From assembly GCA_042216335.1 (NCBI GenBank), contig JBDGTY010000023.1, forward strand, positions 44,528 to 60,412: a DNA stretch of 15,885 nucleotides. The letters run 5' to 3'. The translations under genes were made by a program, and so were the position numbers. Shown one piece after another: positions 15,842 through 15,885 of this stretch. The stretch is from Candidatus Nanohalobium sp. Lineage in GTDB: Archaea > Nanohalarchaeota > Nanosalinia > Nanosalinales > Nanosalinaceae. Each line of letters begins with the position of its first letter. Position 1 is the first letter of the stretch. The notes under the pieces are model-generated. The model searched no databases. It was not told where the DNA came from and saw only the letters and a list, made by a program, of their open reading frames with translations.

Positions 15842-15885
15842 ATGAGCAAGGATAATTCACTGATGAAACTAGCCGGGATATGGGA
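15842..15885 (+). CDS. Start of a further ORF (MSKDNSLMKLAGIW...), cut by the window edge
   Basis: ATG 17 nt after the mazF stop and open to the window end; only 14 codons are visible. Confidence 0.35.
   Translation, partial: MSKDNSLMKLAGIW

Overview
Archaeal core-genome window from an extreme halophile. Acidic proteins, moderate GC, a DPANN-type insertion in uS7, no rpl30e and divergent RNA polymerase motifs suggest Nanohaloarchaeota; this is inferred from sequence traits, not from a database search. Left part (minus strand): a Tat-signal secreted protein running off the left window edge and missing from the ORF track, nucS, a small remnant of a deleted DUF3368-like PIN toxin, an orphan UPF0175 antitoxin, and a UPF0058 protein with a long C-terminal extension. 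Plus strand: radC, rpo5(H)-rpo2''-rpo2'-rpo1'-rpo1''-nusA-rps12-rps7, an inserted 4-TM protein, EF-2, an AbrB-MazE/MazF toxin-antitoxin pair, and the start of one more ORF. The most interesting signals are: (i) mini-ORFs that bridge the spacers of the RNAP operon, together with repeated CAC-purine loop-GTG hairpins covering the SD sites of both Rpo2 halves; (ii) radical substitutions in the RNAP bridge helix and trigger loop, plus loss of a clamp Zn site; (iii) the Tat protein with tail-fibre-like motifs; (iv) the toxin scar that overlaps the probable nucS promoter. No tRNA, rRNA, CRISPR array, intein or transposase was seen.
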